Positions 1 to 9,675 of a stretch of 32,000 nucleotides of DNA are shown one piece after another (the first letter of the stretch is position 1; each line of letters opens with the position of its first letter). Origin of the DNA: Phycisphaera mikurensis NBRC 102666 (GTDB lineage Bacteria; Planctomycetota; Phycisphaerae; Phycisphaerales; Phycisphaeraceae); NCBI RefSeq assembly GCF_000284115.1, contig NC_017080.1:2670001-2702000 (forward strand). The letters run 5' to 3'. A program made the translations under genes and the position numbers. The notes beneath the pieces are model-generated. The model saw only the letters and a list, made by a program, of their open reading frames with translations. It did no database searches and was not told the DNA's origin.

Positions 1-1
1 C

Positions 2-151
2 GTCGGCCCGCTCGCCGTCGCGCACTGCCCGATGGTCGACAAGGACTGGCTGCAGGCCGGCGCCGCCATCCGCAACCCGTACGACCCCTCGATGCTCACC
101 TGCGGCACCGTGCTCCGCACCCTCCCCGAAGGAGCCGCCGATGCTCGCTGA
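2..151 (+). CDS. C-terminal fragment of RND efflux periplasmic adaptor (CusB/HlyD type), truncated by window start
   Basis: Frame 2 reads VGPLAVAHCPMVDKDWLQAGAAIRNPYDPSMLTCGTVLRTLPEGAADAR*, resembling the CPM...W...I.NPY...ML.CG tail of heavy-metal adaptor proteins. It overlaps the downstream pump gene by 11 nt. Confidence 0.7.
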   Translation, partial: VGPLAVAHCPMVDKDWLQAGAAIRNPYDPSMLTCGTVLRTLPEGAADAR

Positions 152-3100
152 TCCCAACGCCAGGGAAGGCTTCACCGCGAAGCTGATCCGCGCCTGCGTG
201 GCGAACCGCTTGCTCGTGCTGCTGCTCGCCGCGATCACCGCCGTGGGTGGCGTGTACGCCGCCCGGCACATCACCGTCGACGCGCTGCCGGACCTCTCCG
301 ACGTGCAGGTCGTCGTGCGCACCGAGTTCCCGGGCCAGGCCCCGGGCATCGTGCAGGACCAGGTGACTTACCCGCTGACCACCGCGATGCTCGCGGTGCC
401 CGACGCCGAGGTCGTGCGCGGGTATTCGATGTTCGGCACGAGCTTCGTGTATGTCCTCTTCGAGGACGGGACCGACCTGTACTGGGCGCGGAGTCGCGTG
501 CTGGAGCAGCTCTCGACCGTGGACTCGCGCCTGCCGGAGGGGGTGACGCCGGAGCTGGGGCCGGATGCGACGGCGGTGGGCTGGGTCTACCAGTACGTGC
601 TGACGACGGGGCCCTACTGCCCGGAGCACCCCGAGGGGCTTTGGCGGGACGAAGCCGGCGACTGGTCCGCGGAGAAGCCTGACGACCCGGAGGCGGAGCG
701 CGTCAAGGTCTTCGACCACGACGCCGAGGTCTGCCCGCTGGACGGGACGCCGCTCGCGCAGGCCGACGCCTCGCTCGCCGAGCTGCGGAGCCTCCAGGAC
801 TGGTACCTGCGGTACGAGTTGACGACGGTGGAGGGCGTGAGCGAGGTCGCCGCCATCGGCGGCTTCGTGAAGCAGTACCAGGTCACGATCGACCCCAACC
901 GGCTGCTGGCGTACGGGCTCCCGCTGGGCAGAGTCCGCGAGGCAATCCAGCGGAGCAACCGCGACGTGGGCGGCCGCGTGGTGGAGCGCGGCGAGACCGA
1001 GTTCATGGTCCGCGGCCGCGGCTACCTGGGGACGGGAGACCCCACGGACGGGTCCGCGGAGGACACACTGGGCCGGGAGCAGACCGACCGCGTCCTCGAA
1101 GACCTGCGTTTGATCTCGCTGGGAACCGATGAGGACGGCTCGCCAATCTACCTCCGCGACGTCGCCGACGTGGCCATCGGCCCGGAGATCCGCCGCGGCG
1201 TGGCCGAGTGGGACGGGGAGGGCGAGACCGCCGGCGGCGTGGTCATCATGCGCTTCGGCGAGAACGCGCAGGCGACGATCGACCGCGTCCGCGACCGGCT
1301 CTTCGAGCTGGAGGAGGGCCTGCCGCCCGGCGTCGCGATCGACGTCGCCTACGACCGCAGCGACCTCATCGAGCGGGCGATCCACACGGTCTCCGAGACG
1401 CTGCTCGAGGAGATCCTCGTGGTCGGCTGCGTCATCCTGATCTTCTTGGCTCACGCCCGCAGCGCCTTGGTCGCCGCGCTGGTGCTGCCCGCCGGGGTGC
1501 TGCTGACGCTGGGCGTCATGTACGCGCTGGGCCTGAACGCGAACATCATGAGCCTGGGCGGGATCGCGATCTCGATCGGCGTCATGGTCGACAGCTCGAT
1601 CGTGATGGTCGAGAACGCGCACAAGCACCTCGAACGCGAGCACCACCGGCGCGAGGCGGGCGAGCCGCCACGCAGCCACGCGTCGGTGATCGCCGACGCC
1701 AGCGCGGAGGTCGGCCCCACGCTGTTCTTCTCGCTGCTGATCATCATGGTCAGCTTCCTGCCGATCTTCGTGCTCGACGGCCAGAGCGGCCGGCTCTTCA
1801 AGCCGCTGGCCTACACCAAGACCTTCGCCATGGCGGCCGCCGCGGGCGTGGCCGTCACGCTGATCCCGGTGGTGATGGTGTACACGCTCCGCGAGGGCGG
1901 CCCCCGGAAGCGGGTCGCGGCGCTCTGCGCGGCGGGAACCTTCGTCCTCTTCGCCCTCCTCCCGCTGGGGGCGCTGGAGGACAGCCGCTGGCTCGTCGCG
2001 GTCGGCGCGGCCCTGGCCGTGCTCCTGCTGGTCCCGAGGCAGCGGATCTCCAACGAGGAGGACAACCCGATCAGCCGGGTGATCCGCGCCGCCTACGAGC
2101 CCTTCTTCCGCTTCACGATGAAGCACCGGGCGCTGACGGTCCTGATCGCGGCGCTGCTCATGAGCAGCACGCTCTACCCCTGGTCGAAGCTGGGCTCGGA
2201 GTTCATGCCGCCGCTGGAGGAGGGCGACCTCCTGTACATGCCCACGACGGACCCGGGGATCTCCGTGTCGAAGGCGACCGAGCTGCTGGCGCAGACCGAC
2301 GCGCTGATTGCCGCCTTCCCGGAGGTCGAGCACGTCTTCGGGAAGATCGGCCGGGCCGAGACCGCGACCGACCCGGCGCCGGTGTCGATGCTGGAGACGA
2401 CCATCACGCTGCACCGCGACGAGGCGGTCTGGCGGAAGCGGCCGGTGGAGCGCTTCTACTCCGGCTGGCCCGGCTGGCTCGCCTGGGCGCCCTCGAAGCT
2501 GTTGCTGCCGACACGGACGATCACGCCCGACGAGTTGATCTACGGGTACGAGCTGACCGACGCGCAACTCGGCGTGGATCGAGGCGGACGCGGCTTCCGC
2601 GTCCCGGGCATGAACGACGCCCTGCAGATCCCCGGGCTCTCCAACGCCTGGACGATGCCGATCCGCACGCGGATCGACATGCTCTCCACCGGCATCCGCA
2701 CACCGGTGGGCGTGAAGATCATGGGCCCGGACCTGACCGTCCTCTCCCGCCTCGCCGGCGAGCTTGCCGACCTGCTGAAGACCGACGAGCGGACGCGGAC
2801 CACTCTCGCCAGCGCCTTCCCGGACAAGACCGTCGGCGGCAACTACCTGGACCTGGACGTCGACCGCGAGGCGATCGCCCGCTACGGGCTCTCCTCGGGC
2901 GACCTGGCGGACGTTGTGATGACCGCCGTGGGCGGCATGAACGTGACCTCCACCGTGGAGGGACTGGAGCGCTACCCGGTGAGCCTCCGCTACCCGCGCG
3001 AGCTGCGTGACGACCCGGAGTCGCTGGAGAAGGTCCTCGTGGCAACCCCGGGCGGGGCCCAGGTCCCGCTCGGCCAACTGGCCGACGTCGTGGTTCGGCG

Positions 3101-3872
3101 CGGCCCGCCGATGATCAAGAGCGAGGACGCCCGGCCGACCAGCTGGGTGTACGTGGACATCAAGAACACGGACATCGGGACCTTCGTCGAGGCGGCGCAG
3201 GCCGTCGTCGCCGAGCGGCTGGAGCTGCCGCCGGGCTACACCGTCCGCTGGTCGGGCCAGTACGAGTACATGCAGGCCGCCCGCGAACGCCTGCAGCTGG
3301 CGATCCCGCTGGCCGCGGTGGTCATCCTCCTGTTGCTCTTCGCCGCCACGCGGAGCTGGCTGCGCGTGGGCATCGTGCTGCTGGCCGTGCCGTTCTCGCT
3401 GATCGGTGCCGCGTGGTTCACCTGGTTCCTCGGCTACGACCTGTCCTTGGCGGTGTGGGTCGGCGTGATCGCGCTCGCCGGGCTCGACGCCGAGACCGGC
3501 CTGGTGATGCTGCTCTACCTCGACGACAGCCACGAGCGGTTCAAGCGCGAGGGCCGGCTGAACACGCCCGCAGACCTGATGACCGCCGTCCACGACGGCG
3601 CGGTGCAGCGAATCCGCCCGAAGACGATGACGGTGATGACCACCTTCATCGGCCTGATGCCGCTGCTGTTCGCGACCGGCGCCGGCGCCGACACGATGCA
3701 GCGGCTGGCCGCCCCGATGATCGGCGGGCTGGCCACCAGCTTCGTCGCCGAGCTGCTGCTCTACCCGGTGCTCTTCTATGCCGCGAAGCGGCTCGCGATG
3801 AAGCGGGCGGGGGCTGCGGGGGCTGCGGGGGCTGCGGGGGCTGCGGGGGCTGCGGGGGCTGCGGGATCCTAA
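141..3872 (+). CDS. cusA: Heavy-metal efflux RND transporter permease, CusA/CzcA family
   Basis: 1243 aa. RND/CzcA features: GYSMFGTSFVYVLFEDGTDLYWARSRVLEQL, GLNANIMSLGGIAISIGVMVDSSIVMVENAHKHLE, LAGLDAETGLVMLLYLDD, GAGADTMQRLAAPMIGGL. Confidence 0.95.
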   Translation: MLADPNAREGFTAKLIRACVANRLLVLLLAAITAVGGVYAARHITVDALPDLSDVQVVVRTEFPGQAPGIVQDQVTYPLTTAMLAVPDAEVVRGYSMFGTSFVYVLFEDGTDLYWARSRVLEQLSTVDSRLPEGVTPELGPDATAVGWVYQYVLTTGPYCPEHPEGLWRDEAGDWSAEKPDDPEAERVKVFDHDAEVCPLDGTPLAQADASLAELRSLQDWYLRYELTTVEGVSEVAAIGGFVKQYQVTIDPNRLLAYGLPLGRVREAIQRSNRDVGGRVVERGETEFMVRGRGYLGTGDPTDGSAEDTLGREQTDRVLEDLRLISLGTDEDGSPIYLRDVADVAIGPEIRRGVAEWDGEGETAGGVVIMRFGENAQATIDRVRDRLFELEEGLPPGVAIDVAYDRSDLIERAIHTVSETLLEEILVVGCVILIFLAHARSALVAALVLPAGVLLTLGVMYALGLNANIMSLGGIAISIGVMVDSSIVMVENAHKHLEREHHRREAGEPPRSHASVIADASAEVGPTLFFSLLIIMVSFLPIFVLDGQSGRLFKPLAYTKTFAMAAAAGVAVTLIPVVMVYTLREGGPRKRVAALCAAGTFVLFALLPLGALEDSRWLVAVGAALAVLLLVPRQRISNEEDNPISRVIRAAYEPFFRFTMKHRALTVLIAALLMSSTLYPWSKLGSEFMPPLEEGDLLYMPTTDPGISVSKATELLAQTDALIAAFPEVEHVFGKIGRAETATDPAPVSMLETTITLHRDEAVWRKRPVERFYSGWPGWLAWAPSKLLLPTRTITPDELIYGYELTDAQLGVDRGGRGFRVPGMNDALQIPGLSNAWTMPIRTRIDMLSTGIRTPVGVKIMGPDLTVLSRLAGELADLLKTDERTRTTLASAFPDKTVGGNYLDLDVDREAIARYGLSSGDLADVVMTAVGGMNVTSTVEGLERYPVSLRYPRELRDDPESLEKVLVATPGGAQVPLGQLADVVVRRGPPMIKSEDARPTSWVYVDIKNTDIGTFVEAAQAVVAERLELPPGYTVRWSGQYEYMQAARERLQLAIPLAAVVILLLLFAATRSWLRVGIVLLAVPFSLIGAAWFTWFLGYDLSLAVWVGVIALAGLDAETGLVMLLYLDDSHERFKREGRLNTPADLMTAVHDGAVQRIRPKTMTVMTTFIGLMPLLFATGAGADTMQRLAAPMIGGLATSFVAELLLYPVLFYAAKRLAMKRAGAAGAAGAAGAAGAAGAAGS
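3807..3869 (+). repeat. 9-bp in-frame minisatellite (GCGGGGGCT)x6 plus one degenerate copy, encoding an (AGA)n tail at the CusA C-terminus
   Basis: Direct reading: gcg ggg gct repeated six times from 3807 to 3860, then gcg gga tcc taa. Confidence 0.95.
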
Positions 3873-3923
3873 GCGGTGGGCACCCCGCCGCACGGAGGCC
3901 GGCGATCGGGCAGAATCCCGCCG

Positions 3924-6900
3924 ATGCCGACCGATCCCCCAGCCGATGCCGACTCCCCAGGCCCGGAGCCGAAGGGTGCGGTCGCCGCCGGCGGTTCGTC
4001 CGAGGCGGTGCTGCGTGCGATGCTGGAGCGGCTCTACGGCGCGCTCACGCGCGGCCCCGGCATCAACTGCCGGCCGCACCGCAGCCGGCAGCGCGTCGAC
4101 CTCACCGACCTGGACCTCTTCGCCGACGTGCCCTGCGCGGAGGTGCTCGGCCGGCTGCTGGGCGAGCCGGCGGAGGCGGAGGTGAAGGCGAGCGTGCCGC
4201 CGCCGGAGGGGCTGAGCGAGGGGGCCGCCGGCAGGAGGAAAGCGGCCAAGGCGGAGCCGCCGGAGGAAGACCGGCAGGAGCGGCAGGAGGAGGACAGGCG
4301 GCCGGCCTTCGTGAACCTGGGGGACCGCGATCCTTACAAGGAGCCGCGGCAGGCGCTGCCCGAGCGGGGGCGACCCGGGCCCGAGGCCGCGTCCGAGCCG
4401 GAGCCCGGGCCGCTCACGCCCAAAGAGGCCTACGCCGCCCAGCGGAAGCTGCTGACCAAGCTGCGCGCGCTCGAGGACGAGGCCCGCACCTACCTGCACG
4501 ACACCGGCGTGCACGCGCTGCACCTGGGCTACCCGCTGCTGTCGCTGCCGCCGGGCTTCGCCGGCGGGAGCAAGCGGATCCTCGCGCCGATCGCCTTCAC
4601 GCCGATCGAACTCGAGGCCAAGAGCGGCGTGAAGCCGGGCGTGCGGCTCGCGGCGAGGGCCGACGACGAGGACCGGCTCGTCATCAACCCGGCGCTGCTC
4701 GCCTGGCTGGAGCGGACGCTGGGCGAGCGCCTCGACCTCGCGGCCGCGGGCGTGCTGGACGAGGAGCCCGGCGGGGCCGAGCCCGACCCCGAGGCGGCGG
4801 AGCGGGCGGCGGCCGCGGCCCCCGGGCCGATGCCGCCGGTGGCGGAGATCGTCGCGCTGGTGCGGGCGGTGGCCGACGCCCTCGGCCTCGAGGACGACGC
4901 GCTCGCGGGCTGGGCCGGCGAGGCTCCCGCCGACGCCATCGCGGCGCTGGGCGCCTGCCCGCCGACCGAGCGGCTGCCCCGGGAGCCGGCGCTGGTCAAC
5001 GCCGCCGTGCTGGGCCTCTTCCCCGCCGGCAACCAGGGCCTGCTCCGCGACACGCGGGAGATGATCGAGGACGGTGCGCCCGACGGGCTCGCCGGAGCGT
5101 TCCTCTCCGCCGACCGCAGCTTCGACGCGCTCGCCGCCTCGCTCCGCGAGGAACCCGCGGACCGCGGGCCCCCCGGCGACGAAACGGCGGCGATCCGCGG
5201 CGAGCGCTTCGTGACGCTCGCCGACCCCTCGCAGGCGCTCGCCGTCGAGGCGGCCCGCCGCGAGCCGTGCCTGGTGCTGCACGGCCCCCCGGGCACCGGC
5301 AAGAGCCAGACGATCACCAACGTGATCGGCGACCACCTCGCCCGCGGGCAGCGGGTGCTGTTCGTGTGCGACAAGCAGACGGCGCTGGACGTCGTCTACC
5401 ACCGGCTCGAAGCCCTCGGCCTCGACCGGCTGTGCGCCCGCGTTCACGACCCGCAGCGCGACCGGCGGACGCTGTACATGTCGGTGCGGGAGACGCTCGC
5501 GGGCCTGGCCGACGCGGCGGAGAACCCCCGCAGCGAGGTGAAGCTGCAGAAGGCCGACGACGAGCTGGCGGAGATCCACGCGGACCTCACCGGCCTGCAC
5601 GCCGCGTTGATGCAGCCGCCGGGCGCTTCCGCCTCCGCCAACGGCGACGAGAGCTTCCACGCGCTGACCGGGCGCTACCTCGGCTCCGAGGCGATGGAGC
5701 TGCCGGCGTCGCTGCTCGCGGACGCGACCGAGGAGGGACTCTTGGAGCACCGCCGCGGGATCGACCTGGTGCTGGAGCGGGGAGCGAAGCTGGGCTTCGC
5801 GACGCACCCGTGGCTGGTGGCCGGGGCCGGGGATCCCGCCGGCGGCCTCGACGCGCACCTCAGCCGGCCGCCGGCACGCTCGGGCGAGCTGCTCCGGGAG
5901 GCGGTGGCCGCGGCGGAAGCGCTCGACGCGGCGGACGCCGAGGCGGCGCCGCCCGCCGCGCCGCCCTTCGAGCCGGGCCGCCCGCTCGCCGAGCAGGACG
6001 CGGAGCGGGCCGACCTGCTGCGGCGGCTCTCGTGGCTGCAGGAGCGCCCGGACCCGGCCGCCGCCGCGCTGGCGGCCGGCATCGACGCCGGCGCGATCGA
6101 CCGGCTCCGGACGCTGCTCGGTGGCGCGGCGTCGGATGCCGCCGAGATCCAGCGCAACCCGGTCGACCCGGGCATCGCCGAGGTGCTCGCGGACGATCCG
6201 CCCGGCCCCGCCGCCGTCGCCGAGCAGGTGGGCGGGCTGGAGCAGTACCTCGACGCCGCCGGCAGGTGGTACGCCTTCGCGCTGCTGGGTCCCAAGAAGG
6301 TCGCCCGCGGCGTCCTCCGCCGCTACGGCAAGACGCTCACGCCCGCCAACGCCGCCGCCGTGCGCGATGCGCTTGACGGGCTGGCGACGCGGCGGCGGCT
6401 GGATTCCGTGCTGGAGCAGGTGACCGGGAGCCGGCCGAATCGGCGGCTCCTCGCCGACGCCGAGCTGCTCCTCGCGGTCGAGCGGTGGGGCCACCTGCTG
6501 CACGCCCGGTCGGCCGTGGAGCGGGAAGACCACCCGCTGCGGGTCCCGCTGCGGGCGGCGCTGGCCGACCCCGCCGGGCTGGACGCACTCGCCGAGCGGC
6601 TGCGTCGCTCCCCCGCCCGATCCGCCGCGATCGCCGCCGCCGAGGCGGCGCTGGGCGCGACCGGCGTGCTCTCTTCGCCCTTCCGGGAAGCTCGCTCCGC
6701 GGCCGTCCGCGCCGCGCCCGGGAACGCCGCCGAGCCGCTCCGCCCGCTGCTGGACCGCGTCGGCGACCTCGAGGACGTGCTCCGCTTCGCCGAGGGGCTC
6801 GCCTCGCTCCCGGAGGGAGTCGCCGCCGCCCTGGACCCGCTGCTCCGTGCCGCCGCCTCGCCCGAGACCGGCCGCGCGGCGCTGGTCAGGCGTTGCCTCG

Positions 6901-8615
6901 GCCACGAGCTCGCCCGCCGGCTCGCCGCCGAGCCGCGGCTCTCCCGGCTCGACCCCGCGGCCATCGAGCACGCGGCCGGGCGCTTCGCGACGCTCGAGAA
7001 GAAGAAGAGCGGCCTCGTCCGCGACGCGATCCTGCACCGCTGGACGCGGCAGCAGCGGCGCCGGCTGCTGGCGGAGTCGGGCAACCGCCTCAACGGCGTC
7101 GGCACCGCCGTCCGCCAGCGGCTCTTCGTCACCGGCAAGCGGGCGATGCGGCTGCGGCAGGTCATCCGGCTCGGCGCGCAGCTCGGCCGCGACGAGGCGC
7201 GCGAGCGGGCGCAGCAGGAGCCGCTCGTGGACGAACCGGGCGGGATCACGCCCGCGCTGGACCCGCTCTTGGACCTCCGCCCGGTCTGGCTCGCCAGCCC
7301 CGAGGCCGTCGCGCAGTGCTTCCCGCGCGAAGCCGTGTTCGACCTCATCGTCTTCGACGAGGCGAGCCAGCTCCGCCTGGAGGAGGCGATCCCGGTGCTC
7401 ACCCGCGGCCGCCGCGTCGTCATCGCCGGCGACCCGCAGCAGCTGCCGCCGACCCGCTTCTTCGAGGCGGCTTTCGACGAGGGCGAGGCCGGCGAGATCC
7501 AGGACGAGGACGACCTCTTCGAGGCGCAGCAACGCGGCACCGAGGACCTGCTGTCCGCGGCGCTCAACCTCGACGCCTCCTCCACGTACCTCGACGTCCA
7601 CTACCGCAGCGAGGATCCCGGGCTCATCCGCTTCAGCAACGAGCACTTCTACCGCGGCCGGCTGCAGGCCCTCCCGGTGCCGCCGAACCGCCGCGACCGC
7701 GGCCCCGCGGTGGAGCTGATCCGCGTCGACGGCACGTACGCGAATCGTGCCAACGCCGGCGAGGCCGCGGCGGTCGTCGCGAAGGTGGCCGAGCTGCTGT
7801 CGGCGAAGCGGCCGCCGAGCATCGGCATCGCGTGCTTCAACACGACGCAGCGCGACGCCATCGCCGAGGCACTGGAGGTCGCGGCGATGGACGACGCCGG
7901 CTTCGCCGCGAAGCTCGCGGACGCTCGGGCGCTGGAGCGCGACGGGCAGAACGAGAGCCTCTTCGTGAAGAACCTCGAGAACGTGCAGGGCGACGAGCGG
8001 GACCACCTGCTGATCAGCACGACCTACGGGCCCGACGCGAGGGGCCGCTTCTACCGGCGCTTCGGGCCGCTGGGGATGGCCGGGGGCGGGCGCCGGCTCA
8101 ACGTGCTGGTCACGCGGGCCCGCGCGAAGATCCACGTGCTCACCTCGATCCCGGCGGCTTCCTACCGCGGGCTCGAAGAGCCCGGAGGCAGCGGCACGCC
8201 CTCGGGCTCGTGGCTGCTGTTCGCCTACCTCGCCATGGCCGACGGCGCCGGGGCGGGCACGCCCGCGGCCGCCGACCCCGCGGAGCCGGGCCTGCACGTG
8301 CACCCCTCCGCCGCGCCCTCCCGCCTCGCCGAGGCCGTCGGGGCGCGTCTGGCGGCTGCGCACCCCCAAGACCGCGTCGACGTCCACCTCGGCAACGAGG
8401 GCTTCCTCCTCGACGTCGCCGACGCGGCACCCGGCGGCGCGACCTCGACGGCCCTCATCGACTTCGCCCGCTACGCCGCGGCGCCCGATCCGGTCCGCTG
8501 GGATCTCTACCGCGGCGGCATCCTGCGGTGGCGCGGCTGGAAGCCGGCCCGCCTGTGGAGCCCCGCGGTGCTGCGGGACCCGGCCTCCGCCGCCGCCGCC
8601 GTTCGCCCGGCGTAG
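3924..8615 (+). CDS. Large DUF4011-type superfamily I helicase/ATPase with possible C-terminal Vsr/MTES_1575-like nuclease remnant
   Basis: ORF track 3876..8615; the ATG at 3924 (MPTDPPADAD) is a plausible start, with GTG 3876 as alternative. Walker A LHGPPGTGKSQTITNVIGD; Walker B VFDLIVFDEASQL; motif III GDPQQLPPTRFF; late motifs NLENVQGDERDHLLISTTYG and RRLNVLVTRARAKIHVLTSI. Confidence 0.85.
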   Translation: MPTDPPADADSPGPEPKGAVAAGGSSEAVLRAMLERLYGALTRGPGINCRPHRSRQRVDLTDLDLFADVPCAEVLGRLLGEPAEAEVKASVPPPEGLSEGAAGRRKAAKAEPPEEDRQERQEEDRRPAFVNLGDRDPYKEPRQALPERGRPGPEAASEPEPGPLTPKEAYAAQRKLLTKLRALEDEARTYLHDTGVHALHLGYPLLSLPPGFAGGSKRILAPIAFTPIELEAKSGVKPGVRLAARADDEDRLVINPALLAWLERTLGERLDLAAAGVLDEEPGGAEPDPEAAERAAAAAPGPMPPVAEIVALVRAVADALGLEDDALAGWAGEAPADAIAALGACPPTERLPREPALVNAAVLGLFPAGNQGLLRDTREMIEDGAPDGLAGAFLSADRSFDALAASLREEPADRGPPGDETAAIRGERFVTLADPSQALAVEAARREPCLVLHGPPGTGKSQTITNVIGDHLARGQRVLFVCDKQTALDVVYHRLEALGLDRLCARVHDPQRDRRTLYMSVRETLAGLADAAENPRSEVKLQKADDELAEIHADLTGLHAALMQPPGASASANGDESFHALTGRYLGSEAMELPASLLADATEEGLLEHRRGIDLVLERGAKLGFATHPWLVAGAGDPAGGLDAHLSRPPARSGELLREAVAAAEALDAADAEAAPPAAPPFEPGRPLAEQDAERADLLRRLSWLQERPDPAAAALAAGIDAGAIDRLRTLLGGAASDAAEIQRNPVDPGIAEVLADDPPGPAAVAEQVGGLEQYLDAAGRWYAFALLGPKKVARGVLRRYGKTLTPANAAAVRDALDGLATRRRLDSVLEQVTGSRPNRRLLADAELLLAVERWGHLLHARSAVEREDHPLRVPLRAALADPAGLDALAERLRRSPARSAAIAAAEAALGATGVLSSPFREARSAAVRAAPGNAAEPLRPLLDRVGDLEDVLRFAEGLASLPEGVAAALDPLLRAAASPETGRAALVRRCLGHELARRLAAEPRLSRLDPAAIEHAAGRFATLEKKKSGLVRDAILHRWTRQQRRRLLAESGNRLNGVGTAVRQRLFVTGKRAMRLRQVIRLGAQLGRDEARERAQQEPLVDEPGGITPALDPLLDLRPVWLASPEAVAQCFPREAVFDLIVFDEASQLRLEEAIPVLTRGRRVVIAGDPQQLPPTRFFEAAFDEGEAGEIQDEDDLFEAQQRGTEDLLSAALNLDASSTYLDVHYRSEDPGLIRFSNEHFYRGRLQALPVPPNRRDRGPAVELIRVDGTYANRANAGEAAAVVAKVAELLSAKRPPSIGIACFNTTQRDAIAEALEVAAMDDAGFAAKLADARALERDGQNESLFVKNLENVQGDERDHLLISTTYGPDARGRFYRRFGPLGMAGGGRRLNVLVTRARAKIHVLTSIPAASYRGLEEPGGSGTPSGSWLLFAYLAMADGAGAGTPAAADPAEPGLHVHPSAAPSRLAEAVGARLAAAHPQDRVDVHLGNEGFLLDVADAAPGGATSTALIDFARYAAAPDPVRWDLYRGGILRWRGWKPARLWSPAVLRDPASAAAAVRPA

Positions 8616-9032
8616 AAGCGTGACGCTTGCCGCCGCCCGCGGTCCTGCAGATCGTGACCGCCTGCGGCCCGCAGGCAGAGGGGCCGCGCAGCGACGCGTT
8701 CGCGGGCTGCCGACGCGGCGGCTGCGCCCGCTGCCGTGCCCTCGGCCAGAGGCGCACGCGCCGGAACCTCCCGCGTGCGCAGCTTTTGTGGCGGACCGCG
8801 TGGCACGGCGGCGGGCTGCACCCAATGATCCCTAAGCCTTCGCGGGTCCCGCGCCACCCGCTGCCCCGGCTTCCTCGAAGCCGCTCCCGGGCCCTGCCAG
8901 GAGACGGCGGAGGCCCGGCGCCTCCCCGCCCGCGGCCCCCGGGCTTCAGTGCGGCGGGAGGCCGGCCGATGGACGCCGTGAAGCTGGGCAAGCCGATCGG
9001 GCGGGCCACTCCACCACGACGCCGAGCCCGCC

Positions 9033-9671
9033 ATGTCGAACACGCCCACCCGCAAGAAGCAACCCGCCGTCGACGGCCGGCGACCCCTCGGCGGCCTCGC
9101 GGTCTTCACCACCGGGGAGGCGGCGACGGCCACGGGGCTTTCGCAGCAGACGATCATCCGCAACTTCGACGCCGGGCGGCTGCAGGGGTACCGGGTCCCC
9201 GGCAGCCGCTTCCGCCGGATCCCGCGGGACAGCCTGCTCGCCTTCCTCAAGGACAACGGGATCCCGCTGGACCGCCTGCGGGAGGGCAGCCGCCACCGGC
9301 TGCTCGTGGTCGACGACGACCCCGGCGTGCTGGCGTTGCTCGACGAGGTGCTGCGCCTCGACGGGCGGTTCGAGGTCCGAACGGCCACCTGCGGCTACGA
9401 CGCCGGGATGGAGAGCGTCGGTTTCCGGCCCGAGCTGATCCTGCTCGACTACATGCTGCCGGACATCAACGGCGACCGCGTGTGCCGGTCGGTGAAGGAA
9501 ACCCCCGAGCTCTCCGACACCCGCGTGCTCATCATCTCGGGTGCCGCCACCGACGAGGAGGTCGAGCGGCTGATGGCCGCTGGCGCCGACGGGTTCCTCC
9601 AGAAGCCCTTCGAGCTGACAACACTGATCGCTCGCATCGAGGCGCTGCTGGATCTGCCCGCCGCGGTGTGA
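9033..9671 (+). CDS. Response regulator with N-terminal excisionase/MerR-like HTH and C-terminal receiver domain
   Basis: N-terminus TGEAATATGLSQQTIIRNFDAGRLQGYRVPGSRFRRIPRDSLLAFL (HTH_17-like). C-terminus LLVVDDDPGVLALLDEVLRLDG...LILLDYMLPDINGDRVCR...VLIISGAATDEE...GADGFLQKPFE (REC with DD, D, K). Confidence 0.9.
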   Translation: MSNTPTRKKQPAVDGRRPLGGLAVFTTGEAATATGLSQQTIIRNFDAGRLQGYRVPGSRFRRIPRDSLLAFLKDNGIPLDRLREGSRHRLLVVDDDPGVLALLDEVLRLDGRFEVRTATCGYDAGMESVGFRPELILLDYMLPDINGDRVCRSVKETPELSDTRVLIISGAATDEEVERLMAAGADGFLQKPFELTTLIARIEALLDLPAAV

Positions 9672-9675
9672 CGCG

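Noticed and set aside
96-8825. 2909-aa minus-strand ORF
   Set aside because: It is antisense to the clearly real CusA-type and DUF4011-helicase genes. Low-complexity Arg/Gly/Ala/Val composition is the typical GC-driven shadow ORF.
8616-9032. Possible small gene or RNA between helicase and response regulator
   Set aside because: Frames are open (8620..8835, 8627..9679) but Arg/Pro/Ala-rich with no motifs, and no convincing structure was seen.
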